A DNA stretch of 61,495 nucleotides, counting the filler. It is 8 parts of 8 records of this genome, joined end to end, with 100 filler letters (N's around TTAATTAATTAA, not from the genome) between each part and the next. Parts side by side here need not be neighbours in the genome. Positions count along the whole stretch, not along the records: positions 36,057 to 44,981 come from SRR31156797_65660; positions 45,082 to 55,730 come from SRR31156797_65691; 6 more parts are not named here. One strand, written 5' to 3'. Positions 36,219 to 47,304 of this stretch are shown piece by piece (position 1 is the stretch's first letter; each line of letters starts with the position of its first letter). A program made the position numbers and the translations under genes. Under the pieces are notes generated by a model that was not told where the DNA came from, did not search any database, and saw only the letters and a list, made by a program, of their open reading frames with translations.

Positions 36219-37859
36219 ATGCGTAGTACCTTGATGCTCATCATTTTTGCATTTCCTTTTTTGGGTTTAGTTCAAGCCCAAACACAAACCGTGGAGGACG
36301 ACTTTGAAGGAAATGGCACCATCACCACCTGGTTTGGAGATGATTGCAATATCAACACAAGCCTTCCAAACCCTCATCCTGAAGGCATCAACACTTCAGC
36401 CACAGTGATGGAATATGATGATGCTGGTGGTCAGTACGCCAATGTCAGGTTTGAGGTGAGCAATAATTTTGATTTGTCTGAAGATTATGTTTTTAGTTTG
36501 AAGATCTATGTGCCGACATCAGGTTTAACCGGGAATCAACCTAATCAAATTTCATTAAAGCTTCAGGATGGATCGCTACCTGCCCCCTGGTCCACACAAT
36601 GCGAAATCATAAAGCCTGTCGGACTGGATCAATGGCAAACAGTATCTTTTGATTTTTTAAGTGATAATTACATCAATCTTGATCCAAATTCACTACCACC
36701 GACTCAGCGGGATGATTTTAACAGGGTTGTGATCCAGGTGAATGGTGAAAACAATACTGATCTGGTTGTGGCATATATTGACGATGTTTATTACAACGGA
36801 ACCATTGCCGTTGACCCTGAGTATAATGTGCTGGTTTGGGCTGATGAGTTTGATGGCGAGGGAGCCATCGACGCATCCAAATGGCACCATCAAACACTGC
36901 TACCAAATGGATCAGGCTGGTACAACGGTGAAATTCAGCATTACACCGACAGGGTGGATAATTCAAATGTGAGCAATGGTATTCTAAACATAATCGGTAA
37001 AAAAGAAACTTACACCAACCAGGGTGTGACCAAAGAATATACTTCGGCACGGCTGAATTCTAAATTTGCATTTCAATATGGTAAAGTTGAAGTACGTGCT
37101 AAGTTACCGGAAGGTGTGGGTACCTGGCCGGCCATCTGGACGCTGGGAAAAAACATCAATGAAGATGGCGGTTGGTGGGATTTGCAGGGGTATGGTACCA
37201 CGCCATGGCCCTATTGTGGCGAAATCGACATAATGGAACATTGGGGCAGCAATCAAAACTTTGTGCAAAGTGCCACACACACGCCTTCAAGCTACGGTGG
37301 AACAATTAACCATGGTGGACAGGTCATTCCAACAGCCTCCACCGATTTTCATACCTACACCCTGAAATGGTACCCCGAAAAACTCGTTTTTAGTGTTGAT
37401 GATGTCTGGCATTACACCTACGAGCCTGATGAAATCAATCCTGATACCTGGCCCTTTGATGCGGAGCAGTACCTGCTGCTCAATTTTGCGTTTTTGCCTG
37501 AAATAGCTCCCAATTTCACAGAAGACACACTGGAAATAGATTATGTGCGGGTTTATCAAAATGAAGTAACGGGCATAATTAACAATAATGAAATCAAACA
37601 GCATTTTAATCTGAAGAATGCGCCAAATCCTGCGAAAGATTTTACAATTATCAGTTACACGCTTCCTGAAAGTTCCGGTGTTGAGTTAACCATCCATGAC
37701 ATCAACGGGCAGGTTTTGCAAACTTTGGTTGATGAAACACAACCGGCAGGACCATATGAGGTGCGATGGAATATTAAGAATTTACCTGCTGGTGTATATT
37801 TCTATACCCTCAATACTGGCAGTAAAATCAGCACCCAAAAATGTGTTGTTGGAAAATAA
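36219..37859 (+). CDS. GH16 beta-1,3-glucanase (laminarinase-like) with signal peptide and T9SS C-terminal domain
   Basis: LVWADEF, YTSARL, GTWPAIW, catalytic EIDIME, IDYVRVYQ; CTD PNP...GVYFY. Confidence 0.93.
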   Translation: MRSTLMLIIFAFPFLGLVQAQTQTVEDDFEGNGTITTWFGDDCNINTSLPNPHPEGINTSATVMEYDDAGGQYANVRFEVSNNFDLSEDYVFSLKIYVPTSGLTGNQPNQISLKLQDGSLPAPWSTQCEIIKPVGLDQWQTVSFDFLSDNYINLDPNSLPPTQRDDFNRVVIQVNGENNTDLVVAYIDDVYYNGTIAVDPEYNVLVWADEFDGEGAIDASKWHHQTLLPNGSGWYNGEIQHYTDRVDNSNVSNGILNIIGKKETYTNQGVTKEYTSARLNSKFAFQYGKVEVRAKLPEGVGTWPAIWTLGKNINEDGGWWDLQGYGTTPWPYCGEIDIMEHWGSNQNFVQSATHTPSSYGGTINHGGQVIPTASTDFHTYTLKWYPEKLVFSVDDVWHYTYEPDEINPDTWPFDAEQYLLLNFAFLPEIAPNFTEDTLEIDYVRVYQNEVTGIINNNEIKQHFNLKNAPNPAKDFTIISYTLPESSGVELTIHDINGQVLQTLVDETQPAGPYEVRWNIKNLPAGVYFYTLNTGSKISTQKCVVGK

Positions 37860-38023
37860 ACCGGAGTGCATTTCCGGGATTAGATGCATTAATTCGAAGG
37901 AAACCTTCTACATTGTGCTTTTCTATACCTTAATCTCACTTATTACCTTACCATCTACATCCTTGAATTTTACCCGGTAAAAGAGTTTGTAAAGCACCGG
38001 CACAAAAATGAGGGTGGGTCAGG

Positions 38024-38278
38024 TCGCGCCATCACAACTATTTTGGTGAAATTGTACTCTGGATTGGCGACGCTATTATCGCTTTCCCGGTCATGCAGGA
38101 CTGACTGTACATCACGCTGATCTCCCCGGTTTTTGTGGCTCTACTCCTGATAAAGATCAGTGGTATCCCCATGGTCTAAGAAAAGGCGGACCAGAAATGG
38201 GGAGGCAAGGATACATATGAAAGGTATTAGGAAAGTACACCGGTGCTGGTGTCGTGGCCAAAGAAATTGGCTCATTGA
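38024..38278 (+). pseudogene. DUF1295 pseudogene fragment
   Basis: SRHHNYFGEIVLWIG...ISPVFV.LLL.KISGIPMV*EKADQKWGG...Y*ESTPVL; in-frame stops at 38177 and 38228. Confidence 0.8.
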
Positions 38279-38480
38279 TTTTTTAAGTCCGGGTCAAAAA
38301 ACCTCTTATTAATTCATCAGGTCATTTGCGAAAGATTATTTGACACCGAGAAAAATATTTTATGGATAAACGAACGGGCTGCTCAGTTCCAAATCCTTTG
38401 TCGTTCAACCATTTTCACGAATTCATGTTATATTCTTCATGATGATAACTTACCGGAGTTTAAATTGAAAAAGCCGGATT

Positions 38481-41400
38481 GTGGGAATAAAGCGTATCAT
38501 ATCAGGATTTTTTAACCGCTCTTTGCCGGTTTTTGTATTGGTGATGGCTGCGCTCCACATTGAGGCGCAGGATATTTCGTTCCGGCATTACAATTCGGAG
38601 AACGGTTTGCCCAAAAACTCGGTGAATAAGATTTTGCAGGACAATCAGGGATTTATTTGGATTGCAACCACCGATGGGCTGAGTAGGTACGATGGCGCAA
38701 ATTTTAAAACTTACCGGCACGAACCCGGAAATCCAAACAGCATTAACCACAGCAATGTAATTTCCCTTCACGAAGATCCGGTGGGAAACCTGTGGGTTGG
38801 CTCCAGAAAAGGCGTCAATAAATTTGATCCCAAAACCCAACAATTCACCTCCTTCCTCAGCAATTTAAACCCGGCCACAAAGGCTTTTCCTTACATCATG
38901 GCTATCGAATCGGATGTACACGGAAACATCTGGTGCGGATCATATTATGGTTTGTACAGGATTTATAAGGATCAGGAAGCGTATAAAATTGATCATTTCC
39001 TGCATGATCCGGAGGATAGCACGAGTATAACAGACAACGTAGTTTGGGATATTTTGGAAGATCAAAGCCTGAACCTGTGGATTGGAACCACAAATGGTAT
39101 GGACAGGGTTTTGTTTGATAACGCATCCGGAACAATCAGTTTCGAACATTTCATGCACAATCCTGAAAATGAAAATTCACTAAGCTCAAACCAGGTTTGG
39201 GAAATTGACGAAGACCGATGGGGAAACCTTTGGATAGGAACGCGCAACGGTATCAGTAAATTTAACCCTGAAACCGGAAAGTTCCGGCGTTTTGTTCATG
39301 ATCCTGAAAATCCCGCCAGCCTTTCGCACAACTACATTTTTGGGGTCCTGGTTGATCGTTACAACAGACTTTGGGCCGGAACTTACAATGGAGGCCTTAA
39401 CCTGGCCGATCTTTCTGAAAATTCCACCGAACTGCATTTTCATCGGTTCATGCATCAGCCCGAAAACCCGGCAGGCATTATCAGTAATGATGTGAAAGAC
39501 ATTTACTTCGATCGTTCGGATATTTTATGGATCGGGACGTATGGCGGTTTGGATAAAATCGATCCCAATGAAAACAATTTTAACCTGGTGCAAACCAGCA
39601 TAAAAGATCCGGCAAGCCTGAGCAGTAATTATGTGCAGGCAGTGCTGGAGGATTCTTTCGGAAATCTTTGGATCGGGACCCGTGAAGGGGGATTGAACTT
39701 TCTTTCTGCCAAAAAAACGGACAATAAGCTAACCGGTTATCAACATATTTTTTCAGGTGAAAATGACGATGACCTGCCTCATAATGATGTTTATTGCCTT
39801 TTTGAGGACAGTAAAAACAGGCTTTGGGTGGGGACTTATGGAGGGGTCGGCATTTTGCAACTGAAAGAACAAATCAACGACTTCAGGTTTCTGCAGGTAA
39901 AAAATTACAACTTCACCAAAAAAGCACTTACACACAATTATGTTTTTGATATCGCCGAGGATGAAGAGGGTGAGTTCTGGATTGCTACTTATGGTGGGCT
40001 TACCCGGCTCACTGAAATATCGGAGGGGGTTTTTAAATCCACATTTTATGAAAGTGATATAAACGATCCCACAACCATCATCAACAGTGATTCGTATACT
40101 TTATGTGTGGACGCCAATGATGATCTGTGGATTGGCACCTTTATGGGGCTTTGTGTATTTAAAAAAGAAAATGGAGAACGGAAGTTCCTGAATTTTCTGG
40201 ATGATGAAGATGCGCCAACCAGCCTCAAAGCAGATGAAATTTTTGTGTTGTATCGCGATAGTCGTGATTTTATCTGGGCCGGAACGATAGATGGCTTGAC
40301 ACGTATTTCAATTGACGAATCCCAAATAATTTCTTTCAAACAATTTACTGCGCAAAACTCGCCCGTTAGCGGCGCTGTTTACGGAATTGTTGAAGATACC
40401 GGGGGTAAATTATGGTTGAGTGGGAATAACGGCCTCACGGTTTTCAACCCTGAAAATTCAGCGAATCCGGATGAGGATGATTCAGATTCCTTTAAAAATT
40501 ATAATGTAAGCGATGGGCTGCAGGGCAATGAATTTGTTCAGCGTGCAGCTTTTATAAACCGGAATAATGAATTGTATTTTGGTGGGAAAAACGGATTTAA
40601 CTTCTTCAATCCCGAGAATTTGATAACCAATCCTCATTTTCCACAGGTAGTACTTACCGATTTCCAGCTTGATTATCAATCTGTGGATCCCGGCAGCACT
40701 GATTTTTCAGGAGATTCGCCATTGCAAAAATCCATCTCACATACATCATTCATCGAACTCAGGCACTGGCAAAACAATTTGTCAATCGAATTTGCAGCAC
40801 TCAATTTTACGTTGTCCGATAAAAACAAATTCAAATACCAGCTTGTGGGTTTTGATCCGGATTGGGTGCATTCCGGCCATAAAAACCTCGCTACCTATAC
40901 AAACCTTGATCCCGGCACTTACACCTTTAATGTGATGGCTGCCAATAACGACGGGCTATGGAATCCCGAACCTACAAGTCTGCAAATTGTGGTAAATCCA
41001 CCCATCTGGCAAACCTGGTATGCATACCTGTTTTACCTGTTGTTACTGGCCACACTGATCTATTTCTACAACCGCTATCGGGTGGGCAAGCATAAAATGG
41101 AAATGGAAACTCAGCTCAAAATTGAGCGGGCAAAAGTGAATGAACGGGAAGAGATCAGGCGCAAAAATGCTGCGGATTTTCATGATGAACTGGGACACAG
41201 CATTACGCGGATTACACTTTTTACGGAATTGGCGAAGCGAGAAGATGAACCGGGCCCGGGGTTGAGGCAGTATCTGGATAAAGTGAATGAAAATGTGAAA
41301 TACCTTTCCGGAGGAATCCGGGATTTTATCTGGGCCCTCGATCCCGGCAAAGACACCATGCATGAAGTGTTGATGCGCCTCCAGGAGTTTGGCGATAAGC

Positions 41401-41771
41401 TTTTTGAGTTTACGGAAGTAAAATTTGAAACCACAGGGTTTTCAGATAAATTCAATGAAGTTCATTTGGAGGCCGATACCCGCAGGCACATTCTCCTGAT
41501 TTTTAAGGAGGCAATGAACAACAGCCTGAAATATGCAGCTTGTAACACAGTTGGTCTGTCTGCTGAAATGGATCAAAATGGCGTATATATTTGCCTCACA
41601 GACGATGGGACGGGATTTGATCCTGAAACCGTTAAAAGAGGCAATGGCCTGAAAAATATGCAACAGCGAGCTGAAAAAACCGGAAGCACAATTGAGTTTA
41701 AAAGAAACAAGCCTTCAGGAAGTATTGTAAGGCTTTCCATATCTAAAAAACCAGACGAATACCTCAAATGA
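38481..41771 (+). CDS. Sensor histidine kinase: periplasmic beta-propeller repeats, Y_Y_Y, TM, HisKA_3-type and HATPase domains
   Basis: Many ED..G.LWIGT..GL repeats, YTNLDPGTYTF.V, AADFHDELG, EAMNNSLKY, DDGTGFD, GNGLKNM. Confidence 0.93.
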   Translation: MGIKRIISGFFNRSLPVFVLVMAALHIEAQDISFRHYNSENGLPKNSVNKILQDNQGFIWIATTDGLSRYDGANFKTYRHEPGNPNSINHSNVISLHEDPVGNLWVGSRKGVNKFDPKTQQFTSFLSNLNPATKAFPYIMAIESDVHGNIWCGSYYGLYRIYKDQEAYKIDHFLHDPEDSTSITDNVVWDILEDQSLNLWIGTTNGMDRVLFDNASGTISFEHFMHNPENENSLSSNQVWEIDEDRWGNLWIGTRNGISKFNPETGKFRRFVHDPENPASLSHNYIFGVLVDRYNRLWAGTYNGGLNLADLSENSTELHFHRFMHQPENPAGIISNDVKDIYFDRSDILWIGTYGGLDKIDPNENNFNLVQTSIKDPASLSSNYVQAVLEDSFGNLWIGTREGGLNFLSAKKTDNKLTGYQHIFSGENDDDLPHNDVYCLFEDSKNRLWVGTYGGVGILQLKEQINDFRFLQVKNYNFTKKALTHNYVFDIAEDEEGEFWIATYGGLTRLTEISEGVFKSTFYESDINDPTTIINSDSYTLCVDANDDLWIGTFMGLCVFKKENGERKFLNFLDDEDAPTSLKADEIFVLYRDSRDFIWAGTIDGLTRISIDESQIISFKQFTAQNSPVSGAVYGIVEDTGGKLWLSGNNGLTVFNPENSANPDEDDSDSFKNYNVSDGLQGNEFVQRAAFINRNNELYFGGKNGFNFFNPENLITNPHFPQVVLTDFQLDYQSVDPGSTDFSGDSPLQKSISHTSFIELRHWQNNLSIEFAALNFTLSDKNKFKYQLVGFDPDWVHSGHKNLATYTNLDPGTYTFNVMAANNDGLWNPEPTSLQIVVNPPIWQTWYAYLFYLLLLATLIYFYNRYRVGKHKMEMETQLKIERAKVNEREEIRRKNAADFHDELGHSITRITLFTELAKREDEPGPGLRQYLDKVNENVKYLSGGIRDFIWALDPGKDTMHEVLMRLQEFGDKLFEFTEVKFETTGFSDKFNEVHLEADTRRHILLIFKEAMNNSLKYAACNTVGLSAEMDQNGVYICLTDDGTGFDPETVKRGNGLKNMQQRAEKTGSTIEFKRNKPSGSIVRLSISKKPDEYLK

Positions 41772-41806
41772 GGTAGTGATTGTGGTGTTTGCTAAAGTTA
41801 CTTTTG
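41760..41806 (+). promoter_or_regulatory. Palindrome plus Bacteroidota -7 element upstream of the response regulator
   Basis: TACCTCAAATGAGGTA (41760-75), 23 bp, TACTTTTG (TAnnTTTG). Confidence 0.7.
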
Positions 41807-41823
41807 CAACACAAATAATTTAT

Positions 41824-42453
41824 ATGGCAACAGATATTATACATGTAGCGATTGTTGAAGACGATGAAGAGATCAGCCGTACGCTGGGCCTGATCATTGA
41901 TGGCACGCCGGGTTTTGTGTGCAAACACATTTTCAATTCCTGCGAGGCTGCCGTTAAGTCGATGCCTGAAATTTATGCTGATGTTGTTTTGATGGATATC
42001 CATTTGCCGGGAGCTTCAGGTATTGAGGGTGTCAGAAAACTCAAACCCGAGATGCATGAAACCGATTTTATCATGCTCACCATACAGCAGGACGACGAAT
42101 CCATTTTTGAATCCCTTGTGGCAGGAGCTTCAGGTTACCTGATCAAAGACATCCCGCCTACAGAACTTCTGAATTCCATCAGGGAAGTAAAAGCCGGTGG
42201 CTCACCCATGACTACATCTATTGCCCGAAAGGTGATCTCTTCTTTCCATCAAAATAATCCATCGCCACTCTCCGGCCGTGAAACCGAAATCCTGAAATTG
42301 CTCTGCGACGGGAGAAACTACCGTGTTATCGCCGACCAGCTTTTTATCAGTTCGCATACCGTCAGGACCCACATCAAGAACATCTACGGGAAACTGCAGG
42401 TAAACAGTCGTGCCGAAGCGGTACAAAAGGCTTACCGCGATAAGCTGGTATAA
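41824..42453 (+). CDS. NarL/LuxR family response regulator
   Basis: VEDD, LMDIHLPG, GASGYLIK, LSGRE...IADQLFIS.HTVRTHIKNIY.KLQV. Confidence 0.95.
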   Translation: MATDIIHVAIVEDDEEISRTLGLIIDGTPGFVCKHIFNSCEAAVKSMPEIYADVVLMDIHLPGASGIEGVRKLKPEMHETDFIMLTIQQDDESIFESLVAGASGYLIKDIPPTELLNSIREVKAGGSPMTTSIARKVISSFHQNNPSPLSGRETEILKLLCDGRNYRVIADQLFISSHTVRTHIKNIYGKLQVNSRAEAVQKAYRDKLV

Positions 42454-42695
42454 GGTTTCAGGTCTGTTTGGAAATTTTTTGACGTGCAAATCTGAAAATC
42501 AAAAAGAATCAGACTTCTCCTTCCAAATTTTCGCCCCCGAAAGCTTTCAGCGATTTTATTGCGTTGAACCATTTTAGTAAATGACGTATGAAGTTTTATT
42601 ATGCAAGACATTACGCAACGTTACATTCAAATAAAATATGGCAGTATGGGCAATGCTTGATTTTTAATTTTACCATATTGGTACCGTATTTTTTT

Positions 42696-42756
42696 CTTTG
42701 CGCCTCTCCGCCTTAGCGGTAAGTTTATTTATTTTTTTACCGCAAAGTCGCTGAGA
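42696..42756. repeat. Short intergenic REP-like inverted element
   Basis: CTTTGCGCCTCTCCGCCTTAGCGGTAA...TTACCGCAAAGTCGC; 8-nt periodic arms around an AT-rich loop. Confidence 0.5.
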
Positions 42757-42795
42757 AATGCAGAAATTCAACCTGAATCAAACCTTATCTCAAAA

Positions 42796-42842
42796 TACAA
42801 CATATGAGGTATTTCGCTGCCTTCTTTCCTGCGGTAGTTTTG
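42796..42842 (+). promoter_or_regulatory. Second palindrome plus -7 element, upstream of the lipoprotein/FG-GAP operon
   Basis: TACAACATATGAGGTA (42796-811), 23 bp, TAGTTTTG. Confidence 0.7.
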
Positions 42843-42886
42843 CAGCCTGTATTTCTTTCAATTATATCAATTTAAAATTATTCATC

Positions 42887-43363
42887 ATGAAAAGAATTTT
42901 CAATCTCAGCATTTTTATTTTGGTATTCGGGGTGGCTTTATCGGGCTGTAAAAAAGATAATGACGGTGATAACAATCCCGATAACAACAATCAGCAGTTT
43001 GATCTCGGAACCGGAGAGCTCAGTTGTTCAATTAACGGCAATACTTTTGAGGCCGACCTGGAATACTGTGTATTTGCTGACGGCACACTCAACCTTGGGA
43101 ATTTCCTTGAAAACAATGCCCAGTTGCAATTCACTCCTGCAGCCGTTGGAACCTTTGAAATGAACTTTGGAGGACAGGGAACCCAGGATGTTTTGTTCAT
43201 CGTAATGAGCGATGGCATCAGCCTGTCGGCAACCAGTGCTACCATTACCATTTCACAACTGGAAGGAACCACTTCAGGAACATTTACGGCCACCTGCACG
43301 GATGTGGCAACCGGTGATACCTACACCGTTTCAAATGGTACCTTTAGTGCAAACCTTTTCTAA
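42887..43363 (+). CDS. Hypothetical surface lipoprotein
   Basis: MKRIF...LSGC lipobox followed by KKDND (Bacteroidota-type export signal). Confidence 0.8.
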   Translation: MKRIFNLSIFILVFGVALSGCKKDNDGDNNPDNNNQQFDLGTGELSCSINGNTFEADLEYCVFADGTLNLGNFLENNAQLQFTPAAVGTFEMNFGGQGTQDVLFIVMSDGISLSATSATITISQLEGTTSGTFTATCTDVATGDTYTVSNGTFSANLF

Positions 43364-43382
43364 ACTTTAAAAACCAACAATC

Positions 43383-44954
43383 ATGAAAAAGATATATACC
43401 TTATTTCTTGTTACGCTTATATCGATTTCCGTTTCTTATGGACAAATTCAAAAAGTGGTGGCCTCAGACAGGGCTTACGGCTACTTTTTTGGTGAGGCTG
43501 TGGCCATTGATGGTGACTATGCAGTGGCGGGCTCCCGGTATGCAGATGGCCAGGAAGGGGCGGCTTATATTTTTGAGAAAAATGAGCAGGGCGAGTTTAT
43601 TGAGATGGCGAAACTAAAAGCCGAAGGACCATTTGCAGGTGCATGGATGGGCTACGCTGTGGCCATTTATGGGAATACCGCCGTGGTAGGGGCGCCGCTG
43701 GAAGCTTACGACGAGGTGGGTGCAAACTACAAAACCGAGGCCGGAGCCATTTATATTTTCACCCGGGGAGCAGGTGGGGTTTGGTCAGAATGGCAAAAAG
43801 TGGTTCCGCCCGACCGGGATTACCTCGCCAATTTTGGGTATTCGGTAGCCATCCATAACCAGCATATAATTGTTGGAGCAAGGGGTGAAAAAAAGGACGA
43901 AAACGGGCTTAATCCCATAGATGAAGCCGGAGCAGCTTATATCCTGACTGAGGAGGACGGACTGTGGACGGTTACCGAAAAAATTGTGGCCTCCGACCGG
44001 ACCGAAGATGACTGGTTTGGCGAGGATGTGGCTATTTATGGCAATACCGCAGTTGTTGGTGTGCCTTGGGAGGATGAAGATCTTGAAGGGGGTAATGCGC
44101 TGGACAGGGCAGGAAAGGTTTATGTTTATCAGATCGGCATGGATGATAACTGGCAGGAATACCAACGCATCGTGCAGGACGATCGTGAGCAATGGGACCA
44201 GTTTGGCTTTTCGGTGGATATCCGAGAAGATCGTTTGGCCATAGGGTCGAACTTTAAGGACAAGCCCGGCACGGAAAACATCATCGATGCAGGAGCCGTG
44301 TATATGTACGAAAAGGATAATACCGGCATTTGGCAGTTTACTGAAAAGCTTTTTTCCGAAGATGCCTATTATTTTGATGAATTTGGATACAGCGTATCTA
44401 TTCATGGAGATCATCTGTTAGTTGGTGCCTATTCCAGCGATGACTACGGTAGCGGCACACAGGAGATTTTCAATGCCGGCGCAGCCTACTATTTCGAATA
44501 TAACAACGGAAGTTGGAACCAGATAAATAAGATAGTAGCTCCGGTAAGGGCAGAGGCCGACATTTTTGGCGTTGATGTTGGCATTAATGCTGATGGAGTT
44601 GGTATTATCGGCGCCATGCGTGAAGATGAGGATCAAAACGAGCAAAACACCATCAGTGATGCCGGCGCAGCCTATTTCTGGAAATCAGGAACGAGCAGCA
44701 TCACAGAAAACGCCTTCCCAGGAGAGCTTTCAGTTTATCCAAACCCGGTAACTGAAGGATTAAACATTCACCTTGATACTCCGTATAATCTTCAAATCCA
44801 GGTAAGTGATATTTCCGGGAGGCAGGTGTTTAAACAAAATTACAACTCAACATCAACTGTAAGTCTTGATCTCCGCGAATTCAGAAATGGAGTATATTTT
44901 ATCCGGATTCAAAGTGAGGAATATTTTATGATTGAAAAGGTGATAAGACATTAG
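43383..44954 (+). CDS. FG-GAP (integrin-alpha-like beta-propeller) repeat protein with T9SS C-terminal domain
   Basis: Seven FG..V.I.G...VG....GA.Y repeats; CTD YPNP...GVYFIRI. Confidence 0.9.
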   Translation: MKKIYTLFLVTLISISVSYGQIQKVVASDRAYGYFFGEAVAIDGDYAVAGSRYADGQEGAAYIFEKNEQGEFIEMAKLKAEGPFAGAWMGYAVAIYGNTAVVGAPLEAYDEVGANYKTEAGAIYIFTRGAGGVWSEWQKVVPPDRDYLANFGYSVAIHNQHIIVGARGEKKDENGLNPIDEAGAAYILTEEDGLWTVTEKIVASDRTEDDWFGEDVAIYGNTAVVGVPWEDEDLEGGNALDRAGKVYVYQIGMDDNWQEYQRIVQDDREQWDQFGFSVDIREDRLAIGSNFKDKPGTENIIDAGAVYMYEKDNTGIWQFTEKLFSEDAYYFDEFGYSVSIHGDHLLVGAYSSDDYGSGTQEIFNAGAAYYFEYNNGSWNQINKIVAPVRAEADIFGVDVGINADGVGIIGAMREDEDQNEQNTISDAGAAYFWKSGTSSITENAFPGELSVYPNPVTEGLNIHLDTPYNLQIQVSDISGRQVFKQNYNSTSTVSLDLREFRNGVYFIRIQSEEYFMIEKVIRH

Positions 44955-44981
44955 CTCAAGTTCCTAAAAAAAACTGAAAGG

Positions 44982-45081
44982 NNNNNNNNNNNNNNNNNNN
45001 NNNNNNNNNNNNNNNNNNNNNNNNNTTAATTAATTAANNNNNNNNNNNNNNNNNNNNNNNNNNNNNNNNNNNNNNNNNNNN
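44982..45081. other. Artificial contig spacer 6
   Basis: N44-TTAATTAATTAA-N44. Confidence 0.99.
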
Positions 45082-45094
45082 ATGGTCGGCTAAC

Positions 45095-45128
45095 CGTCAT
45101 TGCGAGGAACAACGTGACGGAGCAATCT
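45095..45128 (+). repeat. CGTCAT-tagged REP-like half element
   Basis: CGTCATTGCGAGGAACAACGTGACGGAGCAATCT, related to 53298-53331. Confidence 0.7.
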
Positions 45129-45141
45129 TTGCACTCGTTAA

Positions 45142-46293
45142 TTATTTGATTGATTGGTAAAGAGTGTCGATGACCTGATTAACATCAGCATCAGTCATGG
45201 ATGGAAACATAGGGATAGAAAAACTCTTATCGTAATAGTCCACAGCTACAGGTAAATCCTTCATACCGTAACCACGCACAGAGTAGTAAGGAAGCATCGG
45301 CACAGGGATATAGTGAAGCTGTAAACCGATACCAAAATCACGCATCTTATTAAAAAGTTCCGCCTTTGTCAGAGGAAGTTCCGAAAAATCTGCCTGTACA
45401 ACATAAAGGTGATATGCGCTATTCTCATCATGCTGATAAAGCGGAGCGAAAACACCACCTTTTACAAAGGCATCTTCATACTGTTTCGCTATCTCTCTGC
45501 GTCTACTAACAAAACTATCCAGCTTCTTAAACTGCGAAAGCCCAAGAGCGCACTGGATATCAGTAATACGGTAATTAAAACCCAAATCATGCATCTCATA
45601 ATACCACGGATTCAGATTGCCTTTATTGTCATAAGCGAGATTATCATTCTTAAATTCGCCCTTAGTTATACCGTGTGAGCGTAGCATAACTAATTTATCA
45701 TAAAGCTCTTTTGAGTTAGTAGTAACTGCGCCGCCCTCCCCTGTTGTGATATGCTTTACAGGGTGAAAGGACAAAATAGAGCAGTCAGAATTCCTACACG
45801 CCCCGCCGGCACTACTGCCGAGTGAGTGAGCACAATCCTCAAGGATAGTCACACCAAAATCAGATTTTATCTTCTCAAGCTTAGCCTGATCAGCAGGTCT
45901 GCCTGTCATGTGTGTCACATATACATGTTTTATACTTGAATCAGCCCGAAGCATCTCTGCGCATTTATCAAGGTCAAGATTTCCATCAGAGGCGATATCG
46001 CAAAAAACTGGTTCGCCACCTGCGTAAAAAACAGAATTAGATGTCGCCGCAAATGTAATAGGTGAGCAAATTACCTTATCACCTTTACGAAGCATGGCGA
46101 GAGATGCGATGTGCAGTGCTGCCGTACCGCTTGATACAGCTACAGCGTATTTCGCACCAGTATATTCGCAAATAGCCTCTTCGAAATTGGCGACCACAGG
46201 ACCAGTTGTCAGAAAATCAGACTGCAAAACCTCAACCACAGCATCAATGTCGCTCTGGTCAATAGCCTGCCTGCCGTAAGGGATAAAGTTCAC
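45142..46293 (-). CDS. pseC: UDP-4-amino-4,6-dideoxy-N-acetyl-beta-L-altrosamine transaminase
   Basis: IPYGRQ, SSGTAALH, EDCAHSLG, SFHPVKHITTGEGG, GFNYRITD. Confidence 0.92.
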   Translation of the reverse strand: MNFIPYGRQAIDQSDIDAVVEVLQSDFLTTGPVVANFEEAICEYTGAKYAVAVSSGTAALHIASLAMLRKGDKVICSPITFAATSNSVFYAGGEPVFCDIASDGNLDLDKCAEMLRADSSIKHVYVTHMTGRPADQAKLEKIKSDFGVTILEDCAHSLGSSAGGACRNSDCSILSFHPVKHITTGEGGAVTTNSKELYDKLVMLRSHGITKGEFKNDNLAYDNKGNLNPWYYEMHDLGFNYRITDIQCALGLSQFKKLDSFVSRRREIAKQYEDAFVKGGVFAPLYQHDENSAYHLYVVQADFSELPLTKAELFNKMRDFGIGLQLHYIPVPMLPYYSVRGYGMKDLPVAVDYYDKSFSIPMFPSMTDADVNQVIDTLYQSIK

Positions 46294-46294
46294 A

Positions 46295-47284
<990 letters not shown>

Positions 47285-47304
47285 TTACAGCTCCTGTCAC
47301 AGTA

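Noticed and set aside
45082-45090. Identical ATGGTCGGC at the starts of contigs 7 and 8 (45082 and 55831)
   Set aside because: Nine bases at the extreme ends of unrelated contigs; most likely a library or assembly remnant.
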